This document shows positions 1 to 8,150 of a DNA stretch of 64,000 nt, one piece after another. Every line of letters begins with the position of its first letter. The first letter of the stretch is position 1. Position numbers and translations under genes: made by a program. Origin of the DNA: Rhodospirillaceae bacterium (GTDB taxonomy: Bacteria > Pseudomonadota > Alphaproteobacteria > Rhodospirillales > JABJKH01); NCBI GenBank assembly GCA_018660465.1, contig JABJKH010000008.1, forward strand, positions 74,398 to 138,397, read 5' to 3'. The notes beneath the pieces are model-generated. The model searched no databases. It had not been told where the DNA came from and saw nothing but the letters and a program-made list of their open reading frames with translations.

Positions 1-344
1 CATGGAAAATTGGAAAATGCATCCATTGCCGTGTCGAGTTTCTTAATTACACTTTCACGAAATGGCTCTGCATCTGCGGTTTCCGACAATACATTGGCGA
101 TGGTTTCAAGCGCTGCCTTGGTCCAACAAATCCGCGAGACCTGACCCGTATAGCGCTCTATCAATTCATCAGAGTCGTCCGAAAGAGACACAAGAATTTT
201 AAACTTATCAGTCTCACCAGATGCATAGAGCGCATAGACTTCGGACAGCACAGGGACCAAATTATCACCGGCGCATCCAACGGCACCCGGGCATGTGTCA
301 CAAGATTTCAACTCACGCTCCTTCGTCCTGTCTGAATTGACCAT
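1..344 (-). CDS. Hypothetical protein, N-terminal part only (gene runs off the window start)
   Basis: Hand translation of the minus strand from the ATG (complement of 'cat' at 342-344) gives MVNSDRTKERELKSCDTCPGAVGCAGDNLVPVLSEVYALYASGETDKF... and stays open to base 1. It is absent from the ORF track because there is no in-window stop. No family recognised. Confidence 0.3.
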   Translation of the reverse strand, partial: MVNSDRTKERELKSCDTCPGAVGCAGDNLVPVLSEVYALYASGETDKFKILVSLSDDSDELIERYTGQVSRICWTKAALETIANVLSETADAEPFRESVIKKLDTAMDAFSNFP

Positions 345-401
345 GTCCCCTTAAAAGTCATATCTTGGATCGTGTATTTTTGACCAGGGGGCGGCGCAGG
401 T

Positions 402-998
402 ATGTTCTTTCATTTTCATTTAATTTTTGACTCAAGTACAGCGGAGAAGCGGCAAAACTCACGCGCGGCGGAGGAAGCCTATTTGGCTGAAATTGGCGAT
501 AATTTGGTCCTTCGCGGCGAAATCATGTCGGATGACCAGAAGACCCAAACCGCCACGGTAATGTTTGTGGAGTTTGATGACTTGGCTTCGGTCCGTGCGT
601 TTTTGGCTGATGACCCCTGGCATAAAAACGGCGCTTACAAAGAAGCTCATATCAACCGTTGGACCAATGGGCTGAAGCGCACGCCCGACACCCTGCCCTA
701 TCACGAAGGCGAAAGTTACTGGCATCTTCGTGGATATGGAAAGCCGGATACACACGCACGGCGCCAGGAAATACTGGCCGACCATATTGGCTATTACGCC
801 CCCCATGATCCTGATAAAATTCTCATTCGCGGGGCGTTGCTGAACGCGGAAATCGATGAATGGCAAGGCAGCGCCATCGTGATGGAGAAGGAGTCTCGCG
901 AAAATATCTTAACGTTCTTGGCCGATGAACCCTATTACGTCAACGGGCTCTATGACCGAATTTTAATTGAACGATTTAAGGTAATGCCGCGCTTATAA
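402..998 (+). CDS. Tandem YciI-like domain protein
   Basis: 198-aa ORF with two similar halves. Each ends in a YciI-type motif: ...SVRAFLADDPWHKNGAY... and ...ILTFLADEPYYVNGLY... Confidence 0.6.
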   Translation: MFFHFHLIFDSSTAEKRQNSRAAEEAYLAEIGDNLVLRGEIMSDDQKTQTATVMFVEFDDLASVRAFLADDPWHKNGAYKEAHINRWTNGLKRTPDTLPYHEGESYWHLRGYGKPDTHARRQEILADHIGYYAPHDPDKILIRGALLNAEIDEWQGSAIVMEKESRENILTFLADEPYYVNGLYDRILIERFKVMPRL

Positions 999-1006
999 AG
1001 CCCAAA

Positions 1007-1189
1007 TTATGTTGAGCTCTGATGCTCTCCGCACCAGGCTCCGCCCTCTGTCCGGGGCCACGTAATATGTTGATCGCCTGGCCTGGGGGCGTGGCGGCGA
1101 CAGCGACCGTAACGGTTCTCATCATCGTCAATCGCCCTACGGCTGTCTTCTTCCCAATACCGGCAGGTCGTACAGTTCGTGTCTGACAT
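1007..1189 (-). CDS. Small Cys-containing hypothetical protein (possible zinc ribbon)
   Basis: 60-aa ORF with a strong Shine-Dalgarno (minus strand aagaaGGAGGccagaATG). Four Cys are arranged CxxC...C...C (CTTC, GRCRR, WCGEH). No named family recognised. Confidence 0.4.
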   Translation of the reverse strand: MSDTNCTTCRYWEEDSRRAIDDDENRYGRCRRHAPRPGDQHITWPRTEGGAWCGEHQSST

Positions 1190-1268
1190 TCTGGCCTCCT
1201 TCTTAGATTAGGGACACCGAAAGTCTACACTGACTTTTCGAAAATGTCGCCCTAGAACATATCACGTT

Positions 1269-1685
1269 CTAGTCGTCGCGGTGGGTTTTTTCCATCCGCT
1301 CGTGGCGTTCCTGAGCTTCCAGGCTCAACGTCGCAATGGGCCGAGCTTCGAGGCGTGACAAGCTAATGGGTTCCGCCGTTTCTTCACAAAACCCATAAGT
1401 GCCGTTTTCAAGTCGCTCCAGCGCTTCATCAATTTTCGCAATTAGCTTACGCGCCCGGTCCCGGGTGCGAAGTTCCAACGAGCGCTCTGTCTCCGTTGAA
1501 GCACGGTCGGCGATATCAGCCTCCATCCCTGTATTTTCCTGGAGATGCACAAGTGTCTCGCTTGATTCTTCGAGAAGTTCATCGCGCCAGCCCCTGAGCT
1601 TGCTGCCGAAGTATTCTTTCATCACCGAACTCATGAATTCTTCTTCGTCGGAAGGCTTGTAGTCTTGAGGAGTCGTTACATTCAT
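1269..1685 (-). CDS. dksA: RNA polymerase-binding transcription factor DksA (one-Cys, zinc-finger-less type)
   Basis: The coiled-coil tip DxxDxA motif (DIADRAS), ...SLELRTRDRARKLIAKIDEAL... and the C-terminal ...GTYGFCEETAEPISLSRLEARPIATLSLEAQ... all align to the DksA C4 region. I trimmed the start to the internal Met (MNVTTPQDYKP...) because the 27-aa upstream extension in the ORF track looks non-coding. Confidence 0.8.
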   Translation of the reverse strand: MNVTTPQDYKPSDEEEFMSSVMKEYFGSKLRGWRDELLEESSETLVHLQENTGMEADIADRASTETERSLELRTRDRARKLIAKIDEALERLENGTYGFCEETAEPISLSRLEARPIATLSLEAQERHERMEKTHRDD

Positions 1686-1835
1686 TCTTAGTAACCCACT
1701 GTAATGATCGAAAATTTTGCCGGAATATAGAAGTGTGGAGCCGATCCTGCAAGAAGGATTTATCAAAATTCAATCATTTTTAATGGGATGTAACAATTGG
1801 CAGGATTTTGCCATTTCGCAAAATTATTGCGTAAA

Positions 1836-2267
1836 TCACACGTCGCGAGTCAATTTAGCGATTTCGACTTCGGCGCGGAGCTCGATTTCATCAATGATCT
1901 CATTGAGGTTCGGGTCTTCTGTTTCCCGGCGATGCGCACGCATCTGACCTGCCAAGTGGGCCAAATCTTCCTTGGCGATAGCACCGGTGAGTAGTTGTCG
2001 GCGCAGATCTTCCATCTGGTCGAGTAAATCCTCGCCATAGTGCTGCAACTTGCGCTGACCCTGCTGATCAACGTTCCCAGAGACTTCTTGCAGCGCGAGA
2101 ATAGAGTCCACGGGTCCAGTGGCACTGACTTCCGACGCGGCAGAAGTCCCCGTTGTACCGGCAGCCTTATTCAGCTGCTCGGCAAACTGCACTCCGTGCC
2201 CCGGCGCCGCTTTCTTGCCGCGCGAGACCCCTGATGCTTTGCCAGTTGTAACCTTAGATACTTTCAT
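1836..2267 (-). CDS. fliX: Flagellar assembly regulator FliX
   Basis: 143 aa with a Gly/Ser/Ala-rich N-terminus. This is followed by ...VDSILALQEV..., ...LLDQMEDLRRQLLTG... and C-terminal ...DPNLNEIIDEIELRAEVEIAKL. That pattern matches what I remember for alphaproteobacterial FliX. Confidence 0.7.
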   Translation of the reverse strand: MKVSKVTTGKASGVSRGKKAAPGHGVQFAEQLNKAAGTTGTSAASEVSATGPVDSILALQEVSGNVDQQGQRKLQHYGEDLLDQMEDLRRQLLTGAIAKEDLAHLAGQMRAHRRETEDPNLNEIIDEIELRAEVEIAKLTRDV

Positions 2268-2505
2268 CGTGTCAACGTATCACGTTTCACCCGTTGCTAC
2301 AGGACTTTAAACCGAAGTGAAATCTCAGCCGAAATTCTCACCTGGAAAAACTTAATAATGAATTGACCAAAATCAATTCGTTTTCAGCTCAATCTGCTTG
2401 ATATAGGGATGGGGCCTTAACAACCAGTGAATTTATTAACGGAATAATTTTTGACGAAAGGGTTGCCAATTCAAGTCAGCCGCAGTAGGTTGGGGAACAG
2501 TTGTT

Positions 2506-2518
2506 GCGAATAATTCGC
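2506..2518. promoter_or_regulatory. Perfect 13-bp palindrome GCGAATAATTCGC; candidate iron-responsive (Fur/Irr-type) operator for the Fe(3+) transporter
   Basis: gcgaat-a-attcgc is its own reverse complement. It sits about 57 nt upstream of the fbpA-like ATG and is embedded in AT-rich 'gcgaataattcgcattatc', which resembles Fur-box half sites (ATAAT/ATTAT). A second inverted repeat, attgata-N13-tatcaat, follows at about 2533-2560. Confidence 0.3.
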
Positions 2519-2574
2519 ATTATCTTAGTAAACATTGATAGAAAACAAGTCTTTATCAATATCTTGGAGGAAGA

Positions 2575-3636
2575 ATGAGAAGGTTTCCAATTTTCATACT
2601 CGTCGCCTTTGTTGGGCTTATGGCTGCATTTAATTTCGTGCCTGGGTCTTATTTAGGTCTTGGGCCTGCACACGCGGGAGATAAAGAAGTAAACCTTTAT
2701 TCCTATCGCCAAGCCTTTTTGCTAAAGCCCCTTTTGGATGGATTCACCAAGGAAACCGGGATTAAGGTCAACGTTGTTTACGCGAAAAAAGGCATGCTGG
2801 AACGGCTCAAGGCGGAAGGTGCCAATAGCCCGGCGGATGCAATCCTGTCGGTCGACATCGGTCGATTGAACGATCTTGTTCGGTCCGAACTGGTGCAGCC
2901 AATCAATTCCAAAGTCTTAAATGCCAACATCCCGCAACAATTTCGTCATAAGGATGGCCTGTGGTATGGCCTAACGGCCCGCGCCCGGGTTCTTTATGCG
3001 CACAAAACACGCGTTAAACCGGGCGAACTCACATCCTATGAAGATCTCGCGAAACCGCGGTTCAAGGGTCGAATTTGCACCCGGTCCGGCAAGCATGTTT
3101 ACAATATTTCCCTTGTTGCCTCGATGATCAAAGCGCTCGGTGAGACCAAGGCAGAAGCCTGGGCCAAGGGTGTAAAGGCCAATCTGTCACGGCGTCCCCA
3201 AGGCAATGATCGGGCCCAGGTCAAAGCCATTTACCAAGGCGAATGTGACGTTTCCATTGGCAACCACTATTACATGGGGAAAATGGCCACGAATGAGAAA
3301 AAGCCAAAACAAAAAAAATGGGCTGAAACTGTCAGGATCGTATTTCCCAACCAGCAAGACCGGGGCACCCACGTCAACGTCAGCGGAGCCGGCATCACCA
3401 GCAGTGCCAAGAACAAGGCCAACGCGATCAAGCTTCTCGAATATTTAAGCGGAGATTTAGGCCAGGAAATCTACGCCCAGGTGAATTTTGAATATCCGAT
3501 TAAGAAAGGCGTGAAACGCCACCCTATGGTCGCCTCCTGGGGAGATTATAAACCAGATGCGGTTCATTTGTCGGATATCGCGGCGCTGCGTACGGCGGCC
3601 TCGAAACTGATGGACAGGGTTGGATTCGATAACTAG
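2575..3636 (+). CDS. fbpA: Fe(3+) ABC transporter substrate-binding protein
   Basis: 353 aa with a signal peptide (MRRFPIFILVAFVGLMAAF...AHA). The sequence is of the FbpA/AfuA/FutA type (...LYSYRQAFLLKPLLDGFTKETGIKVNVVY...). SD ggagg lies upstream, and the cognate double permease and ATPase follow. Confidence 0.8.
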   Translation: MRRFPIFILVAFVGLMAAFNFVPGSYLGLGPAHAGDKEVNLYSYRQAFLLKPLLDGFTKETGIKVNVVYAKKGMLERLKAEGANSPADAILSVDIGRLNDLVRSELVQPINSKVLNANIPQQFRHKDGLWYGLTARARVLYAHKTRVKPGELTSYEDLAKPRFKGRICTRSGKHVYNISLVASMIKALGETKAEAWAKGVKANLSRRPQGNDRAQVKAIYQGECDVSIGNHYYMGKMATNEKKPKQKKWAETVRIVFPNQQDRGTHVNVSGAGITSSAKNKANAIKLLEYLSGDLGQEIYAQVNFEYPIKKGVKRHPMVASWGDYKPDAVHLSDIAALRTAASKLMDRVGFDN

Positions 3637-3657
3637 ATTCCCAACCCAAGGAACAAA

Positions 3658-3692
3658 AGAGGGCCCGCCGGTCACATGCCGGTCGGCCCTCT
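3658..3692 (+). terminator. Intercistronic stem-loop (attenuator or partial terminator) between the binding-protein and permease genes
   Basis: AGAGGGCC (3658-3665) pairs with GGCCCTCT (3685-3692). The stem is followed by ttgatgttcgcttcttt. This placement is typical for boosting the binding protein relative to the membrane components. Confidence 0.45.
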
Positions 3693-3741
3693 TTGATGTT
3701 CGCTTCTTTAATTTTCTGGGGAATTTAAGGAAATAAACGAC

Positions 3742-5448
3742 GTGACCACGAATACAGCCGCAATTGGGCAACGCTCGAGACTTCCCTCCTTTCGAAGGGT
3801 GCGGTTGAACGTCTGGAGCGTGGGCACGCTAATTGTCGCGGGATTGGCATCGATCCCCATCATCGCCGTCATTGCCATGGCGCTCATGCCACAGGTCAAT
3901 ATATGGCCCCATCTGGCCTCAACTGTTCTGCCTCATTACATTTTGACCACCCTTTTCCTGATGACAGGCGTGGGATTGGGGACACTGATTATCGGCACTG
4001 GCTGCGCCTGGCTGGTCACCATGTGCCGCTTTCCAGGACGTCGCGTATTTGAATGGGCGCTGCTGCTGCCAATGGCTGTGCCAGCTTATATTGTCGCTTA
4101 TGTTTACACGGATCTTTTAGAATTTGCCGGACCCGTTCAAGAAACCCTGCGTGATCTGTTCGGCTGGAAGTTGAAATCAGAATATTGGTTTCCTGAAATT
4201 CGCTCCACCGGTGGGGCCGCGCTGATGATGACGTTGGCGTTTTACCCTTACGTCTATTTGCTGTCCCGCGCAGCCTTTTTAGAACAATCGGTCGGTGTCT
4301 TGGAAGTCGGGCGGACCCTGGGTCGTGGGCCGTGGCGGGGGTTTTTCCGCATCGCCCTCCCCTTAGCGCGACCCGCAATCATTGTCGGACTGACATTGGT
4401 GTTGATGGAAACTCTTAACGATTTTGGCACGGTTGATTATTTCGCCGTTGCCACGTTTACCGCCGGGATCTTCGATGTCTGGTTGAATATGAACAATGTC
4501 GGTGGTGCTGCGCAGTTGGCGACGGTCCTTTTGGCCTTCGTGTTGGTGCTGATTTATCTCGAACGGCGCAACCGCCGTGGCCAACAGTACCATTCCACCA
4601 CGACCAAGGTACAAGCTCTTCCCGGTTATCAATTAAAAGGTTTCTCAAAATTTGCGACTGTGCTGGCGTGCTGCCTGCCGGTTTTATTTGGCTTCGTTTT
4701 ACCCGCCGGTATATTATTGAATTACGCGGTCAGTCATTACAGTGAAGCGCTTGATGCCAATCTAATCGCCTTTACCTTGAACAGCTTGATGCTTGCCTCT
4801 GCCGCAGCCCTCATTTGTATCTTTGTTGGCGGCTTCATGGCTTATGGTGCCCGGCTTGATGGCAGCGCCCTGGTCAAAGGTGCCACCCGATTTGCCAGCT
4901 TAGGATACGCAGTGCCGGGTGCTGTGCTTGCAATCGGTGTGATTATCCCGACGGCGTGGTTGGACAACACAATCGATGCGACCATGAAGGGGCTCTTCGG
5001 CATCCCTACAGGACTGATCTTAAGCGGCACCATTGTCGCGGTGACCATCGGCTACGTCGTGCGATTTTTAGCTTTATCGTTTGGCACGGTCGAAGCCAGC
5101 CTGGCCAAGGTGACGCACAATATGGACGGTGCTGCCCGCACTCTGGGCCACGGTCCGGCGCAGACATTTATAAAAGTCCACATGCCATTGATCCGTGGCA
5201 GCATTCTGACAGCGGCCATTTTGGTATTTGTCGATACCATGAAAGAACTGCCGATGACGATCATTCTGCGACCGTTCAATTTTCAGACATTAGCAACCTT
5301 TGTCCATCAATATGCTTCCGATGAATTGCTGGAGGAAAGTGCATTGGCAGCATTGATCATTGTTGCCGCAGGGATTTTGCCGGTTATTCTGCTCAGCCGA
5401 ACCATTGGCCGATCACGTCCTGGAACAGAAGCTGGAGACCGCGTATGA
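3742..5448 (+). CDS. fbpB: Fe(3+) ABC transporter permease (duplicated two-domain type)
   Basis: 568 aa, highly hydrophobic, with two tandem permease halves as in FbpB/AfuB. The stop overlaps the next start (ATGA at 5445-5448). Confidence 0.8.
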   Translation: MTTNTAAIGQRSRLPSFRRVRLNVWSVGTLIVAGLASIPIIAVIAMALMPQVNIWPHLASTVLPHYILTTLFLMTGVGLGTLIIGTGCAWLVTMCRFPGRRVFEWALLLPMAVPAYIVAYVYTDLLEFAGPVQETLRDLFGWKLKSEYWFPEIRSTGGAALMMTLAFYPYVYLLSRAAFLEQSVGVLEVGRTLGRGPWRGFFRIALPLARPAIIVGLTLVLMETLNDFGTVDYFAVATFTAGIFDVWLNMNNVGGAAQLATVLLAFVLVLIYLERRNRRGQQYHSTTTKVQALPGYQLKGFSKFATVLACCLPVLFGFVLPAGILLNYAVSHYSEALDANLIAFTLNSLMLASAAALICIFVGGFMAYGARLDGSALVKGATRFASLGYAVPGAVLAIGVIIPTAWLDNTIDATMKGLFGIPTGLILSGTIVAVTIGYVVRFLALSFGTVEASLAKVTHNMDGAARTLGHGPAQTFIKVHMPLIRGSILTAAILVFVDTMKELPMTIILRPFNFQTLATFVHQYASDELLEESALAALIIVAAGILPVILLSRTIGRSRPGTEAGDRV

Positions 5449-6515
5449 ACGACCAGGGTATGAACGACCTGCGGATGACCGACATTGCGCATGCTTATGA
5501 CGATCACGAGGTCCTTAAGGGTGTCGACCTAGCAATCGTCTCCGGTGAACTGGCTTGTCTTTTGGGTCCGTCTGGGTGTGGCAAGACAACTTTGCTGCGT
5601 CTGGCGGCAGGACTCGAACCCCTGCAGCAAGGCATGATAACCCTTGGCGACAGTGTCGCCGCAAATGCTGCCGCCGCAATCCAAGTGCCCCCGGAAGATC
5701 GCGGCGTCGGCATGATGTTCCAGGATTACGCCCTGTTCCCGCATCTTACAATTTTTGAAAATATCGCCTTCGGATTGCCCGAGCAGACCAAAGAACGCCT
5801 GGAGTGGATACAAGATGCGCTGAACCGAATGGACATGACCCGGCACGCCCGCCATTACCCACATACTCTTTCAGGCGGCCAACAACAGCGGGTTGCGCTG
5901 CTGCGTGCCTTGGCCCCAAAACCCAAGGTCCTCTTACTGGACGAGCCGTTTTCCGGGCTGGATGTCACCCTCAGGGCGCAAGTCCGAGAGGAGACCCTGA
6001 ACCTGCTGAAGGAAACCGGCGTTGCCACACTTTTGGTCACACATGACCCAGAAGAAGCGATGTACATGGCCGACACGATCATGGTCATGGACGAAGGCAA
6101 GATTATCCAGGCAGACCCGCCGGCGAAAACCTACATCCAACCGGTAAACGATTATGTCGCCGGGCTGTTCGGGCCCGTCAACAAGGTCACAGGCAAGGTC
6201 GAATTCGGTCAGGCACAAACACCGTTTGGACCTTTCGATGCGCCCGGTGTTGATGACGGCACGGAGGTTCAGGTCTACATACGTCCCGAAGGCATCACCG
6301 TGACCCCAGCTAACAACGGTGATAATTTGATGGAGATTACGGCGGTGCGCTTATTGGGCCGATCCAGCCACATCCGGTTGTGCCGCAAGATCGATACGCC
6401 AGAGGGTGAAATCCACCTGCAAGCAAGAGTCCCCGGCATTTTCCGGTCCGAAGACGGCGCCACGGTCGACGTAACCATTGACCGAACCCACGCGTTTGTT
6501 TTTCCGAAAAGCTAG
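5445..6515 (+). CDS. fbpC: Fe(3+) ABC transporter ATP-binding protein
   Basis: Walker A GPSGCGKTT, signature LSGGQQQRVAL and Walker B LLLDEPFSGLD. It also has the C-terminal regulatory/TOBE-like extension typical of FbpC/PotA-type ATPases. Confidence 0.85.
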   Translation: MNDQGMNDLRMTDIAHAYDDHEVLKGVDLAIVSGELACLLGPSGCGKTTLLRLAAGLEPLQQGMITLGDSVAANAAAAIQVPPEDRGVGMMFQDYALFPHLTIFENIAFGLPEQTKERLEWIQDALNRMDMTRHARHYPHTLSGGQQQRVALLRALAPKPKVLLLDEPFSGLDVTLRAQVREETLNLLKETGVATLLVTHDPEEAMYMADTIMVMDEGKIIQADPPAKTYIQPVNDYVAGLFGPVNKVTGKVEFGQAQTPFGPFDAPGVDDGTEVQVYIRPEGITVTPANNGDNLMEITAVRLLGRSSHIRLCRKIDTPEGEIHLQARVPGIFRSEDGATVDVTIDRTHAFVFPKS

Positions 6516-6519
6516 AGAA

Positions 6520-7866
6520 TCAAGCCTTAACTATCTTATCCCGATTGTTGCTCACATTGGCTGTAGCATTCCGAGTATCAATTACCAACGGAACTGCCTC
6601 AACCAAGGCGGCGTAATCAACGTCACTGTGGTCGGTGCAGATGAGGGCAACATCGTAGGCGGCGAAGGCTGCTGGATCCCAAGGGACGGCCCCCCGACCC
6701 GAAAGACTATCGTGTTTTCGCGTGTGAGGAATTTTATCGACAAACGGGTCGTGGAAATCGACGAACGCGCCGCCCTCTTCCAAAATTTCTATCAGTCGGA
6801 AGGCCGGGCTTTCACGGACGTCATCGACGTTTCTTTTGTAAGCAACGCCCATCAATAAGACTCTTGCACCTCTGAGGTCTTTGCCAAATCGAGATTTCAA
6901 TTGTGCCGCCAAAACACCAACCACATGGTCCGGCATGGCGGTATTAATCTCACCGGCAAGTTCAATGAACTGGGTTGGCTGGCCGTACTGCTTGGCTTTC
7001 CAACTGAGATAAAACGGATCAATGGGAATGCAGTGCCCGCCGAGACCAGGTCCTGGATAAAACGGCATGTAACCGAACGGCTTAGACTTGGCCGCATCGA
7101 TTACCTCCCAGATATCGATGCCCATTTTGTCGTAGATCAGCTTAAGCTCGTTGACGAGGGCGATATTAACCGACCGGAATATGTTTTCGGTCAGCTTAAC
7201 CGCTTCCGCTGTTTCAAGAGAACTGACGGGGACTGTGCCCGCCACGACATTCCCATACAGCGCTTCGGCGAGGCTCAGCGCTATTGGCCCGTCGCCGCCG
7301 ACGACCTTGGGAATCTTTGCCGTGCCGTGACTTTCGTTGCCAGGGTCTTCGCGCTCTGGAGAGTAAGCGAGGAAAAAGTCCTCGCCTGATTTCAGGCCTC
7401 CCGCTTCCAATAAAGGACGGATGATTTCAGATGTGGTGCCCGGATACGTCGTCGATTCCAACACAACCAGCTGTCCGGGCCGCAAATACTTTGCAATGGT
7501 TTCGGTGGTGGATGTGACATAGCTCAGGTCTGGTTCGTGCGCGCCGGTCAATGGTGTTGGCACACACATGATAACTGCGTCCATTTTGGCAAGTTCGGCG
7601 AAATCTTTTTCGGCCCGAAACTTCCCAGAGGCAACCATGGCCTTGATATCGCTTTCAGGAATGGTCTTCAGATAGGTTTCACCGCGATTCAGGCAGTCAA
7701 TTTTCTCGGCATCAATGTCGAACCCAGTGGTCGAAAAGCCCTGTGCAATAAACGCCCGCGCCAGGGGCAAGCCAACGTAGCCCAATCCGATAATCCCCAC
7801 GGTGGCATCGCCGGACTGGATTGCGCCTGCGAGATTCTGGGCGTGCACATTATCAACTGCGTTCAT
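6520..7866 (-). CDS. Nucleotide-sugar dehydrogenase (UDP-glucose/GDP-mannose dehydrogenase family, UDP-N-acetylhexosamine-dehydrogenase-like)
   Basis: 448 aa with N-terminal Rossmann motif VGIIGLGYVGLPLA and catalytic-Cys context GLGGHCIPIDPFYL. Substrate specificity cannot be assigned without a search. Confidence 0.75.
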   Translation of the reverse strand: MNAVDNVHAQNLAGAIQSGDATVGIIGLGYVGLPLARAFIAQGFSTTGFDIDAEKIDCLNRGETYLKTIPESDIKAMVASGKFRAEKDFAELAKMDAVIMCVPTPLTGAHEPDLSYVTSTTETIAKYLRPGQLVVLESTTYPGTTSEIIRPLLEAGGLKSGEDFFLAYSPEREDPGNESHGTAKIPKVVGGDGPIALSLAEALYGNVVAGTVPVSSLETAEAVKLTENIFRSVNIALVNELKLIYDKMGIDIWEVIDAAKSKPFGYMPFYPGPGLGGHCIPIDPFYLSWKAKQYGQPTQFIELAGEINTAMPDHVVGVLAAQLKSRFGKDLRGARVLLMGVAYKRNVDDVRESPAFRLIEILEEGGAFVDFHDPFVDKIPHTRKHDSLSGRGAVPWDPAAFAAYDVALICTDHSDVDYAALVEAVPLVIDTRNATANVSNNRDKIVKA

Positions 7867-8074
7867 GGTTTTCCTGGTTCTAAAAATCTGAAGGCCAACT
7901 TATATGCCAGACTTAGCTTTACAAAGTCTTTATCCAAAATTTCTGAATTACCGTACAAACCAACTCGGCAAAAATTGCAGGGCGACCCAAAATATGTCCC
8001 AAGACCGGTATCCTTTACCCTATGATACCTTTCTAAAATCACATTAATTCAATGGGTTAGGTAGATTACAAACT

Positions 8075-8090
8075 TGGCATCCATTTTGCT
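8075..8090 (+). promoter_or_regulatory. Sigma-54 (-24/-12) promoter of flgE
   Basis: TGGCATccattTTGCT compares with consensus TGGCAC-N5-TTGCW. The GG (8076) to GC (8088) spacing is 12 nt, and the site is about 60 nt upstream of the flgE ATG. Confidence 0.65.
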
Positions 8091-8150
8091 TAATAAGGGG
8101 AGAGTTATTGCGTGTGCCCCGCGAATTGGGCAGAAATATGGAGTTTTTGG

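Noticed and set aside
2352-2366. CtrA-box-like TTAA-N7-TTGA in the fliX upstream region
   Set aside because: The second half-site is imperfect, the region is AT-rich, and there is only one occurrence. That is not enough to call a CtrA site without a genome-wide matrix.
6478-8025. Plus-strand ORFs 6478-6858, 6901-7389 and 7537-8025 (126-162 aa)
   Set aside because: All overlap the minus-strand nucleotide-sugar dehydrogenase, which has Rossmann and catalytic-Cys motifs. None of these ORFs has a recognisable domain or an SD.
8112-8150. N-terminal extensions in the ORF track. Affected starts: flgE 8112, dksA 1766, flaF 17546, ACP 44047, MT 46883, SDR 47224, MBL 47840, 35079, 54415, 55860, 60512, Sel1 63192.
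   Set aside because: In each case an internal start coincides with the beginning of the conserved domain. It also has either a Shine-Dalgarno sequence or a stop-start overlap with the upstream gene. The extensions overlap neighbouring genes or have non-protein-like composition.
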